NCBI RefSeq assembly: GCF_006345805.1
Contig: NC_043000.1
Span: 99,634,001-99,698,000, forward strand
Source of the DNA: Octopus sinensis
Lineage: Eukaryota
DNA: 64,000 bases
Reading direction: 5' to 3'
Positions 1 through 10,161 of the stretch are shown here, one piece after another. Under the pieces are notes generated by a model. That model saw only the letters and a program-made list of their open reading frames with translations. It did not search any database and was not told the DNA's origin. Both the position numbers and the translations under genes were made by a program. Numbering within the stretch: position 1 is the stretch's first letter; each line of letters starts with the position of its first letter.

Positions 1-124
1 AGAGAGAGAGAGAGAGAGAGAGAGACGTACATTCATATGTATACATAGTACCCAAAACATACTCATTAGGTCATTCCCCTTCATATCCAAAACCAGTCTA
101 TTCTGCTGCTCACAGTAATCCAAT

Positions 125-309
125 GAGGAAACATCTATATATTCACTTGACTTCCTAGAAATAGCAACCAAATCTAACTCATATCACACATTGGATAATG
201 TAAACTACCTAAAGACATTTTAGTTGAACAAGGTAACACAGGATGGTCACAGCTGGAACATCTTTGTTCATAGGTTTGCTCAGCCAGGTTTGACCTGCAG
301 CTAAACAAG
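125..309 (+). mobile_element. Old dispersed repeat (family H; SINE/LINE 3' part ending CTAAAC(AAC)n)
   Basis: Motifs CTAGAAATAGCA..CAAAT, CAGGATGGTCA..GCTGGAA, TTTGATCATAGG and GACCTG..GCTAAACAA recur at 3200-3625, 9380-9450, 11950-12150(-), 16560-16790(-), 20510-20650, 24420-24605 and 46630-46835. Confidence 0.6.
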
Positions 310-651
310 AGGAGCTACAGGCATGCTATTTTTGTTTAATTATATCTACATTATTACAACAAGCCATACTCTCCTCCCATGACACATATAGTATGACCTC
401 CTCCTGAGTCTACATTAAACACTTTGTGTAGTCTTTTGCTCATGGAACTGTGACCACGCCTGTTATTTCTGTTACCAGTCTTTACTGGAGATGTAACCCA
501 CCTTTTATTTGTGTAACCATTCTTTCTCAGAGCTGCAACTCTACCATTATTTATATAATCATTCCTTCTTGGAGCTATGAACCAAATGTTATTTGTTTAT
601 ATGATCTATGCAAGCAAGAATATATCTCCAACCAATGCCATCATTTTTCTT

Positions 652-725
652 GCCTACGTGGCTCAGTTGGTAGAGCATTAGATTTTCAAATGTGAGGGTT
701 GCAGGTTCATGTCCCTCTACGGGTG
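652..725 (+). pseudogene. tRNA-Lys-like pseudogene
   Basis: GCCTACGTGGCTCAGTTGGTAGAGCATTAGATTTTCAAATGTGAGGGTTGCAGGTTCATGTCCCTCTACGGGTG aligns by eye with eukaryotic tRNA-Lys(UUU). A and B boxes are recognisable, acceptor and anticodon stems are mispaired, and there is no CCA. Confidence 0.75.
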
Positions 726-739
726 CAGCCTGTCTTTTA

Positions 740-900
740 GGTGCAGGCATTGCTGCTGTGTGGTCAAGAATTTTGCTTCCCAACTGTATAGTTTTGGATT
801 CACAACCACTGCATGAAACCTTAGACAAGCATTTACTATAAACTCGGGCCAACCAAAACCTTGTGAATAGATTTGGTAGATGGAAACTGAAAGGACCCTA
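740..900 (+). mobile_element. Degenerate CORE-type SINE head
   Basis: Matches the head of 8959-9375 (GATTTGGTAGA.GGAAACTGAAAG). Confidence 0.7.
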
Positions 901-966
901 TTGTATGTCTATACATACATGCTTTCATGCTTACATATATAAATATTTATACACACACACACACAC

Positions 967-1011
<45 letters not shown>

Positions 1012-1034
1012 TATATGTATAGGCCAACACTACA

Positions 1035-1365
1035 TAAAAAGTACTCCTGCAGGTGCTTTGTTAAAGAACCTGTACCAGTGCCATGTAAAAAGTACCTATG
1101 CTGGTGACATACAGAAGCACCTCTGCTGGCACCATGTAAAAGCACCCATGCCAGCACCATATAGACTGTAGTCAAGTTAGTGCCACATAAAAGTACCCTG
1201 TACTTTCTGTGAAATGGTTGGTGTGAGGAATGGCATCCAACCATAGAAACCATGCCAAAATAGAAGACTGGAGCCTGGTGCAGTCCTCTAGCTTGCCAGC
1301 TCCTGTCAAACAATCCAGTCCTTGCCAGCATGGAAAATGGACATTAAATGATGAGGATGATGATG
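1035..1365 (+). mobile_element. RTE LINE 3' UTR fragment
   Basis: AAAAGCACC units, GGAAGGGCATCCA-like block, CCATGCCAGCATGGAAAA..GGAC.TTAAATGATGA tail, as in 44080-45107. Confidence 0.8.
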
Positions 1366-1384
1366 GCAATGTTATATTACTGTC

Positions 1385-1615
1385 CCCTTGTCTTGACATC
1401 ACATGATAGTTGTAAGCAAGTGTTGCCATCATGCAGGCAGTGGCTTTCGTTTCCAATCTCCCATGAGAACATGTCTGGTCATGGAGAAATATTACTTTGG
1501 AAACAGGTGTGACTTGGCAACTGGAAGGACATCTGGTTAAAGAAAATCTATCTCAACAAATTCTGTTTGACCTATGCAAGCATTGGAAAGTGGTTGTTGA
1601 AAAGATGATGAAATT
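1385..1615 (+). mobile_element. SINE family D 3' part (RTE-type tail)
   Basis: CTTGTCTTGACATC..GATAGTTGTAA, GAAATATTAC.TTG..TGGAAACAGGTG, ATGATGA tail; further copies at 7165-7410, 11170-11360, 19000-19275, 22370-22560(-), 41250-41455, 55235-55590 and 56128-56490. Confidence 0.7.
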
Positions 1616-1636
1616 TATATATATATATATATATAT

Positions 1637-2032
1637 ATACGAGCAAAACGCCCCCCCCCGTCCGATGGATGGTGTCGAGTTGTCAAACATTTAAACCAAA
1701 TTTTCTCAAAACAACTTGTCTCACCGTCCCATAGGCCTCCCCTTTGAGAAACACTGATTTAACCTAAACTTTAGACACCGTGCATTTTTCTCACATATGC
1801 ATAGTATTGATCGCAACAGCTGGTGTACTTGCCCGTACAAATGCACGTTCCCACGGCTTTATTGATTGCATTCTCACCTGGAATTGATTTTTGTAATTTT
1901 TTCAAGACTTATACACGCCCTGATACCGTCAGTATCTACATATCAAATTTGAGCGCAATCAGATGGAGGATGCCAAGATCCTAGAAGACACACACACATA
2001 CAGACAGACAAAACACATTTTATATAAAAGAT
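1637..2032 (+). mobile_element. Non-autonomous Helitron/Helentron-like element (family G), copy 1
   Basis: Near-identical ends to 40423-40819; 5' hairpin CCGTCC-GAT-GGATGG; 3' CAAATTTGAGCGCAATC..ACAGACAGAC..TTTTATATA; no TSD seen. Confidence 0.6.
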
Positions 2033-2559
2033 ATATATATATATATATATTCACACGCACGCATACACAGAAATGCACACATATATGCACACACACACAC
2101 TCTCTATATGGATATTTTTATGTGCACATATTTGTGCCTACCTAGTACACTTGTATGCAGCTGTAGACATATGCATGTTAACACAGTTTTACATTAAGCT
2201 TTTGCATGCATCCACTTACGTGCATACATTCCTCCATATGTAGGCGCAGGTTTAACGCATGCATTCGTATTTACATTTATCTACTTGCATAGGTCTGCAA
2301 GAGATATACGCAAATGCAATTGCACACCGTCACATGCTTTCATTAACGTAATGAGTTCACTAGGTAACCTGCTGTACTGCACTCCGCTGCACTACTTGTA
2401 CACTATAAACTAATGTTCTATTGAACACCCAGTAGCGAACAGTTATTGAATGGATCATGTGCATTAAATGTGCACTCAGATGTGCTGATTGCTTTGCTGC
2501 AGAAATATACTGCATTCAGTCTTGGCAATCAATTTTTTCCTAGTTTAATTCTGAATGGC

Positions 2560-2972
2560 TTCTCACAAAACAGCTGTTCCTTCTTTACTTCCTTCTTTCC
2601 CTCTCTGTCTCCTGCTTTTTCACTCTACTCTTTGTCACTTATTCTCCTTTTGTCTCTCTTTTTCTTTTTGTCTTTTCTCCTCTTTTTCTTTCTCTCTATA
2701 TTTCTTTGTCTTGCTTCTCTCAGTATTTTTTCTCTCTCTCTCTTTGTTTCTATATATCTCACCCTTCTTTTCTCTTTTCTTATTTCCTTTCTCCTCTCTA
2801 TCTTCCTTCCTGTCTTTTATTCTTTTTCCTCTTATTCGTTTTTGTTTATTTTATTTTCATTATTTTTTCTTGTTTTCTCCCCCTCCTTCTTGCTCTCTTT
2901 CTTTATTATTTCCTACTTTTTAAAAAAAAACTTTCTTTCTTTGGCTTCTCTGCCTTTTGTTTTCCCTCCTAC
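2560..2972. repeat. ~400 bp polypyrimidine (CT-rich) tract
   Basis: Almost purely C/T; explains the Phe/Leu/Ser ORFs at 2446-3194. Confidence 0.9.
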
Positions 2973-3288
2973 CCTGCACTAGTACACACAACAGACATAT
3001 ATGTATGTTTACTTAGCAATACAATTCTGACTGTCAATACTTCAGTGAGAAGAATGCATAGTAAAGAAAATGCACTTCTGCTAACGAGTTCCAACAAGAA
3101 GGGAGCATGTTCTCCAAAGTTATCTCCCATACTTGCCAAGATAAATATAATGTTGGATCTCCAACTAGTACTATTTCTCTTTTACCCATGTTAGCAAGGG
3201 ATCCTCTCTGCATGCTCCTACATTGAAAAAAAAGGGAAGCTAAATCTTCTTCAAATTACACCCTATCATTTTAAAAAAAAGCAAGTAT

Positions 3289-3514
3289 GCTGGCAGAATC
3301 GTTAGCACGCCGGGTGAAATGCTTAGCAGTATTTTGTCTGCCACTACGTTCTAAGTTCAAATTCCACCGAGGTCGACTTTGCCTTTCATCCTTTCGGGGT
3401 CGATTAAATAAGTACCAGTTACATACTGGGGTTCGATATAATCGACTTAATTCGTTTGTCTGTCCTTGTTTGTCCTCCCTGTGTTTAGCCCCTTGTGGGT
3501 AGTAAAGAAATAGG
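3289..3514 (+). mobile_element. tRNA-derived SINE family B (Meta-domain-like), near full length
   Basis: A-box TGGCAGAATCG, B-box GTTCAAATTCC, central GTCGACTTTGCCTTTCATCCTTTCGGGGTCGAT.AA.TAAGTACCAG, tail GCCCCTTGTGGGTAGTAAAGAAATAGG; nested in a family H copy. Confidence 0.85.
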
Positions 3515-4084
3515 ATATTGTGTTCCTAGATGCACTATGCTTCAATAAAAGGCATGACAGTCTCTGCTGGAATGCTTTTTGATCATAGACCTATTGCTCA
3601 GTGCAGGTTGGCCTCTGGCTAACCATTAATAATTCTTTTTCCTATATATCTGATATACTACATATCTACATTTTCTATCAATATTGATACCAATAGATAA
3701 TATCAGTAATTCGAAAAACCAATGGAAATATAGTTTTTTTTAGTTCAATCAGAAAGATCATACACTGCCACAGCTGCCACCACCACCATCACATATGTGA
3801 TCTTACTCTGGCTTTTAAGTTCTAAGCATGAAATATGCTTTCACTAGACTTGATCAGTTGCCTTATTTTATCAATACTTGGTACTTTGAGTTCTTTCAAT
3901 AGAGGTCCACTTTGTTGTAAACAGTCAGGTAGGTCCCCAGTTTGGAGATATCTTCTTATCTTCTTCCCCACTAATATCAAAGGCACTGTAGAGGATCATG
4001 GGCACTTCATTTCCTCCTGACTAAAAATACAAAGGAAAGAATTATTGATTATCAATAATAATCTTTATCATTTTTTTAATTAAG

Positions 4085-4505
4085 GCACCAGTCTGGCAGA
4101 ATCATTGGTATATTGGACAAGGTGCTTAGCAGCAGTTTTTCTGACTCTTTGCTTTTGGAGCTCAAGTCCCACTAGGGTTAACTTTGCCTTTCATCCTTTT
4201 GGGTCAATAAAATAAATTACCAGTCAGGTACTGGGGTTGATGTAATTAACTTGCTCCCTCTCCTCAAAATGGCTAGCCTTGTGCCAAGATTAGAAAGAAA
4301 ATATTCTTGAATAATTTAATAATTTTTCGGATGTCTGTATGTAAATTGAGCTGTTTGATAATTGATATTACAGAAATTTCTTTAAGGTATCAGGTTGGTA
4401 GAATCATTAGCACACCAGGTGAAATGTTCAGTAGCATTTTGTCCATTTTCATGTTTTGAGTTCAAATTCCATTGTGGTTGACTGCCTTTCATCCTTGCCA
4501 GTACT
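4085..4505 (+). mobile_element. Two degenerate family B SINEs (4085-4300, 4395-4505)
   Basis: Same A/B boxes and central domain as 3289-3514. Confidence 0.7.
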
Positions 4506-4899
4506 GGTGTCTCATAAAATGCATCCTCTCTGTAAAGTCGTCACTCAGTCCAGGAATTGAAACCACAATCTTATGATCATGAGTCCAAAACCCTAACCAC
4601 TAAGCCACACACTTCCACTTTTTGTTGGTTTCCCAATTTCCAAGGCATATAAATTCCCTACCTGGATGGGATGCTGATCCATTGCAGGATTATCCATTTT
4701 TGCCATCTGAGTGGACAAGGAACAACACAAAATGAAGTGTTTTGCTCAAGAACACAACACATTGCCAAATTCACTTAACTGGCAAAAGTGAATAATCCTA
4801 CAACGGACTGGTATTCTGTCGCCAGGAAACCAGCCCTTATGAGCTTGCATGAGTCAGGAAGGTAACTTTAACTTTTTACCTTTTCTCAATAAAGTGGTT

Positions 4900-5235
4900 G
4901 ATATTTGGAAAGTATCCAGCTGTAAAATCCATGACAAAGGAGACCTCACTGGTGCTGGTGCTTCATAAAAAGCACCCCAGTCCACTCTGTAAAGTGGTTG
5001 GTGTTAGAAAGGGTATCCAACTGTAAAAACCATGTCAAACAGACCTTGTTGGTGACACATAAAAATCAACCAGTCCATTCTTTAAAATGGTTGGTGTTAG
5101 GAAGGGCATTGAGTCATAAAACCATGTAGAAACAGAGAGTGGGGCTTGGTGCAGTCCTTTTGGTTGCCAACTCCTGTCAAATCATCCAACCCATGCCAGC
5201 ATGGAAGATAGCTGTTTAATTACAACATTGACAAT
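4900..5235 (+). mobile_element. RTE LINE 3' UTR fragment
   Basis: Two AAAAGCACCC..GGTTGGTGTTAG.AAGGG units plus CCATGCCAGCATGGAA tail. Confidence 0.75.
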
Positions 5236-5289
5236 GACCACCATCACCATTACCACCATCACCACTACTGCCAAAATTATACATTGGAA

Positions 5290-5600
5290 AATGAAATGTA
5301 AAAATATTGCAGAGAAAAGAGACTTCTATACATTGTCAGTGAATACCAAAATTGCAAAATATTGGATTATTTAAGAGGCTCATAATTGGTCTTTTAGAAC
5401 ATTTCTCCCTTCTATCAATTTATATTAATGCTATCTTCTGACTCATTTTTTGTGATTCTATGATTCCTAAAAGATTTCTTTTTCTCATGTATAGATTGCG
5501 TAAATTTGATAATGATAATTTATCTTGTTATTTTCTTTTTAAATTTCTGTTTTAGTTCTTATGAAATGTAATGTTTTTGCTCTGTTAATGTAAAGATAAA
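5290..5600 (-). mobile_element. Possible highly degenerate Penelope-like ORF fragment
   Basis: Minus-strand pieces FHKN.NRN and KLSLSNLRNL resemble the PLE linker motif HKIFNRN.VK.SYS; many stops and frameshifts. Confidence 0.3.
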
Positions 5601-7414
5601 CAAATGTTTGACGATGTATTTAGTCTGTGGATAACAAGGATGATGATTAATTGACCAATGATGAATTGGTGTGTGATGATGTATTTACTGATATTATATT
5701 GGCTTGTGATGTAACTATCTTGCAATGAAATTAAAGAGAGTGTATTTACTGTTATGTCATTATCTTTATGTATGTATGTCTGTATGAGAGATAAAATAGA
5801 TACACGATTAAAAAAGAAGGCATACATAGAAAGCTGCGGGCTTCAACGTATTCAAAGAAGCCAATGATGTAGCCGAAATGTAGCTGTTATAAATAGTATA
5901 TGAATCTTTTACAAATTGTTGAATGTGTATATGTATATATATAGATCTATGTGTGTATGTATATATATATGTATGTTTGTGTGTGTGTATATGTTTGTGT
6001 ATGTATATATGTATGTTTGTATGTGTGTGTGTGTATATATATACACACATGTGTGTGTTTATGTATACATATATATGTGTATGTGTTTATATATATATTT
6101 ATCTATATATATGTTTGTGTATGTATTTAACCACATACACACATTACCTTACTTGGAAACAAGTAAGGCCTAGCAACAAGAAGGGCTTATGGCTATAGAT
6201 AATCTGCCTCAATAAAAAATTCCATCCATCCCACGTAGGCATGAAAAAGTGGGCATTAAAATGATGATGATTGTGTGTGTGTGTGCACGTGTGTGTGTAT
6301 GTGTGTGTGTATGTTGTTAAGAAGCTTGCTTCCCAGCTATGAAGTTTTTGCTTTAGTCGATTTGCTTGACTAAAGGCGGTGCTCCAGTATGGCCGCAGTC
6401 AAATGACTGAAACAAGTAAAGAGTAAAGAGAGGATCACAGTCTTACCTGGTATTTTAATATTTCAAGGTTACAAATCATTGCTAAAGAAATCCTTGAAGA
6501 AAAGTTAGTATTTGGTGACTTCTCAGTCTTGTAGTATGTGTGTGTTTTTGATATGCATTGCTATAATAACCAATCAGTCATGTGCTATTCTGATCTGGTA
6601 TTAATATATGGTGTGTATTTCTTAATTAAAAGTACTTCTGTCAGAAGTACCATCAGACAGCTACATATATGGATTAAAGAACACCTCTGTGCTAATGCTT
6701 CTTCATCAAAAAACATCTGTGGAAATGTCACACCCAAGACATCCTGGAAGAAACATTGGAAACTTAAGAATAAAAGCTCTTTTAATTAAGAAATACATAT
6801 CACATATTAACAACAACAAAAAAATCAGCGAATAACAACTTTTCTCCAAAGATATCCAGAAGAAGGGGTCCTTACCCTGAAATATTGAAATATCAGGTTA
6901 AAATATCAACCTGTTTATTTTTTTAAAAATTGCTTTGGTTTGGCTTTGTTTTTGAGAAAAATGATATAATTAAAAACATTAGGAAAGTCATTCAGTTGTA
7001 GAAACCATGCCAAAATGGACACGAAGCCTGGACAGTTCTTTGGCTGCCCAACACCTGTCAAATCATCCAACTCATGCCAGGATGGAAAACGGATGTTAAA
7101 TGATGATGATGATAATGATGATGATATACATGAGACAATGCTTCATGAAAACAATACTATTTTACCCTGTGTGTGTGTGAGTGAGTGAATGATCTTGTCT
7201 TGACATCCTGTGATGATTGTAAACAAGCATCTCTGTTATACAAGCAGTGTTGTTTGTTTCCTGTCTTCTGGCCATAGAGAAATATTACCTTGCTTGGAAA
7301 CAGGTAAGGGTAAGTAACATAGGGGAGTATCTGGTTGTATTAAATCTGCCTCATTAAGTTCTCTCTTACCTAGATGGGCATGGAAAAGTGGATGTTAAGA
7401 TGATGATGACATAT

Positions 7415-7620
7415 GTGACCGTGTGTGTATCGTTGGTGATTTTCTTTCTCCGTCTTCTCTTCCTTGGACCTTTCCTTTTTCTATGTTTCTGACGAAGAGC
7501 TCCACTCGAAACGTTACATTCTCCTTCTCTCTTTCCTTTCCTGAGTGTCCAGTAATATTATACTTGTTCCACGTCCTCATGTTGTTGTGTTTTCTCTTTT
7601 GTTCATGTTTGGATTAACTA
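7415..7620 (+). mobile_element. Penelope-like terminal repeat (pLTR) fragment with minimal hammerhead
   Basis: Pyrimidine tract, hammerhead motif, tail CTTGTTCCACGTCCTC..GTTGTTGTGTTTTCTC..CATGTTTGGATTAAC then (TA)n; the same tail occurs on - at 27597-27680 and 61680-61785. Confidence 0.6.
7483..7519 (+). ncRNA. Minimal type I hammerhead ribozyme motif (stem I partly decayed)
   Basis: ATGTTT CTGACGA A GAG-CTCCA-CTC GAA ACGT T ACAT. Confidence 0.6.
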
Positions 7621-7638
7621 TATATATATTATATATAT

Positions 7639-7673
<35 letters not shown>

Positions 7674-8074
7674 TCAGATGTATGCATTTTGCCTTTATGT
7701 ATTTTTATATTTTCTTCTTATTTGTCTTTCTTTTACTTCCAGATTTTGTTTTGAAAACTCTTTTGCTTGCAACTTGAACTCACAACCTCATGGATACCAA
7801 TTACAGTAGTGCATTTTCTTATGAAGGAATATACTAAAACATATCTTACCCTATGGAGACAAAGAGACTGGTGAGTTGAGCTTTATGCAGTTGTTTATTT
7901 GTTTCTTAAATGATTTTGTTATGATGTAGAAAGGGGGCCTGCATTCATGGTATTTGCATTTCACACCATTCCTTAAGCTGATGACATTTCTGTGGTCCAT
8001 GTTTACCTTGTATAAATGCAAGTTGACTACTGAAGAAGAAGGAATAAAAAAAAAAAAAGAATCTTCCATGGTGA

Positions 8075-8280
8075 AGATTGAAGATGTTGGGTGGAATTTC
8101 AGAGGAAACATGAGCTGGTTTGGGAGAAGGAGGGAAGATTAGGAAAAGCTGGTTGTTAGAGCAATGCTTGAGAGAGCGAAGAAGTGGGTAGGAGACTTGA
8201 TATGGGCACCAAGAAGAAAGAGTAGTGCAGGCAGGCATAGCACCCTTCTTTGTGAAACAGGCTGCATGAGACATGGCTTA
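8075..8280 (-). mobile_element. Degenerate LINE (CR1/L2-like) fragment
   Basis: Composition and ORF 7945-8274(-) look like decayed LINE ORF2; no diagnostic motif. Confidence 0.25.
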
Positions 8281-8770
8281 TCACCAGACAGGCCGTACTA
8301 CTAGATATTCAAGATAATTTTTCATTAGGCATAACATGCAGAAGGTCCCATGGGTCACAGTTTGTTCATGACTGGTATACTGATTCAGGTAGGCTTGGGC
8401 ACCAATGGTAAGCAACTAACTTCTCAGAGAAATAAAGGTCATTGTATGAATGATAGAAAGGTAGAGAAAAGAGATAATACAACTCCAGTTATCATGTCAT
8501 CATTTTTAAAAATCTTTCTTAATATGAGTGAGCAAAACTATGGAACAAAACGGTAAGTTCTTTGCAAATCAATTTTGCAAAATTTGTTTGATTCTCATTG
8601 ACAAATATTTCCCATAACTTAGCAGTTCAGCAAAAATAACCGATAGAATAAGAACTAGGCTTACAAAGAATAATTCCTGGGGTTGATTTGTTCGATAAAA
8701 CCCTTTAATGTGGTGCTCCAGTATGGCCGTAGTTAAATGATTGGAACAAATAAAAGAAATATGCACAACA

Positions 8771-8925
8771 GGCTTCTTTGAGATTCCTTCTACCAAATCC
8801 ACTCATAAGGCTTTGGCTGACTTGGGGCTATAGAACAAATCACTTGCATAGAGTACCACTCACCAGGACTGAACCTGAAACCACATAATTGCGAAGCAAA
8901 CTTCTTAACCACACAACCATACCTA
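8771..8925 (-). mobile_element. CORE-type SINE head, inverted relative to 8959
   Basis: Reverse complement aligns with 8959-9120. Confidence 0.75.
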
Positions 8926-8958
8926 CACGTGTTAAATAGAAAAAAAATTTTTTCATGA

Positions 8959-9125
8959 GAGGCATAGGAGTGGCTGTGTGGTAAGTATCTTGCTTACCAA
9001 CCACATGGTTTCGGGTTCAGTCCCACTGTGTGGCACCTTGGGCAAGTGTCTTCTACTATAGCCTTGGGCTGACCAAAGCCTTGTGAGTGGATTTGGTAGA
9101 CCGAAACTGAAAGAAGCCCATCGTA

Positions 9126-9158
<33 letters not shown>

Positions 9159-9375
9159 GTACATGTGTGTATATGTTTGTGTGTCTGTGTTTGTCCCCCG
9201 CAACATCACTTGACAACCGATGCTGGTGTATTTACATCCCCGTAACCTAGCGGTTCAGCAAAAGCGACCGATAGAATAAGTACTAAACTTACAAAGAATA
9301 AGTCCTGGGGTCGATTGGCTCGACTAATGGCGGCGCTCCAGCATGACCACAGTCAAATGACTGAAGCAAGTAAAG
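8959..9375 (+). mobile_element. CORE-type tRNA-derived SINE family A (octopus OR-like), full length
   Basis: A-box TGGCTGTGTGG, B-box GGTTCAGTCC, CORE-like GGCACCTTGGGCAAGTG, internal (TA/TG)n, tail GGCGGCGCTCCAGCATGACCACAGTCAAATGACTGAA. Confidence 0.9.
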
Positions 9376-9520
9376 GGGAAGGTCATGACTGAAATACTTT
9401 TGATCATGTATCTGCTGGATTGGTGCTGAGATGAGACTAAACAACAAATAACTTCAACAATTACGAGTTCCATTTAGTCAACAGGCTACAGAATAAATCA
9501 ATCAACATCAACTCATCATC

Positions 9521-9551
<31 letters not shown>

Positions 9552-9929
9552 AGTTAAAAGCAGTATTTAATAAGCATATTGCTGTTGTCACTGCTGGTGT
9601 CATTGTTGTTGCTACCACTGTTCTTGATCTTACCAAAGTTTGCACTATGTGGCTTATGAAATGCTTTGATGTCTGCTCCAGTGATTTAAATGCACTCTTA
9701 ATGCTAGCATTAAATGCTGTTTATGGCTCTTTCATGTAAAACTTTGTGGGGCGGAGTGCAATTGTGCAGGGCGTGATGCTCCATGAATGACCACCCTCCC
9801 TCTGCACCTCCCCCCCCACCAACTCCTCCTGGATAACTGTACCCTCCTTGTTAATCTGCTGCACTGCAAGAGCTCCACAGCGTAGATAATTGCGTGAGCG
9901 GCAAGAAGAAAAAGAAGTAGTTGGAGCAC

Positions 9930-10087
9930 ATATGGTGGTGGTGGTGGTGGTGTTGATGATCATAGCAGTTAATGGTGATGATGGTGGTGGATGATGTTGT
10001 GATGGTGATTGCATTGGTGGTAGAGTTGAGATGGTGGCCGTGGTGGCGGATCTCTATCTCTTGCTCTTTCCTGCTCTCTTTCTCTTG

Positions 10088-10160
<73 letters not shown>
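9930..10160. repeat. (GGT/GAT)n, (CT)n and (CA)n compound microsatellite
   Basis: Directly visible. Confidence 0.9.

Positions 10161-10161
<1 letters not shown>

Noticed and set aside
2293-2363. Exon-like segment between catag and gtaacc
   Set aside because: One open frame but no supporting neighbours or homology; indistinguishable from chance
2446-3194. Hydrophobic 122-178 aa ORFs resembling membrane proteins
   Set aside because: Product of the CT-rich tract
5845-5895. Hammerhead-like GAAGCC..GCCGAAATGTAGC
   Set aside because: Core differs from CUGANGA at three positions and stems I and II do not pair
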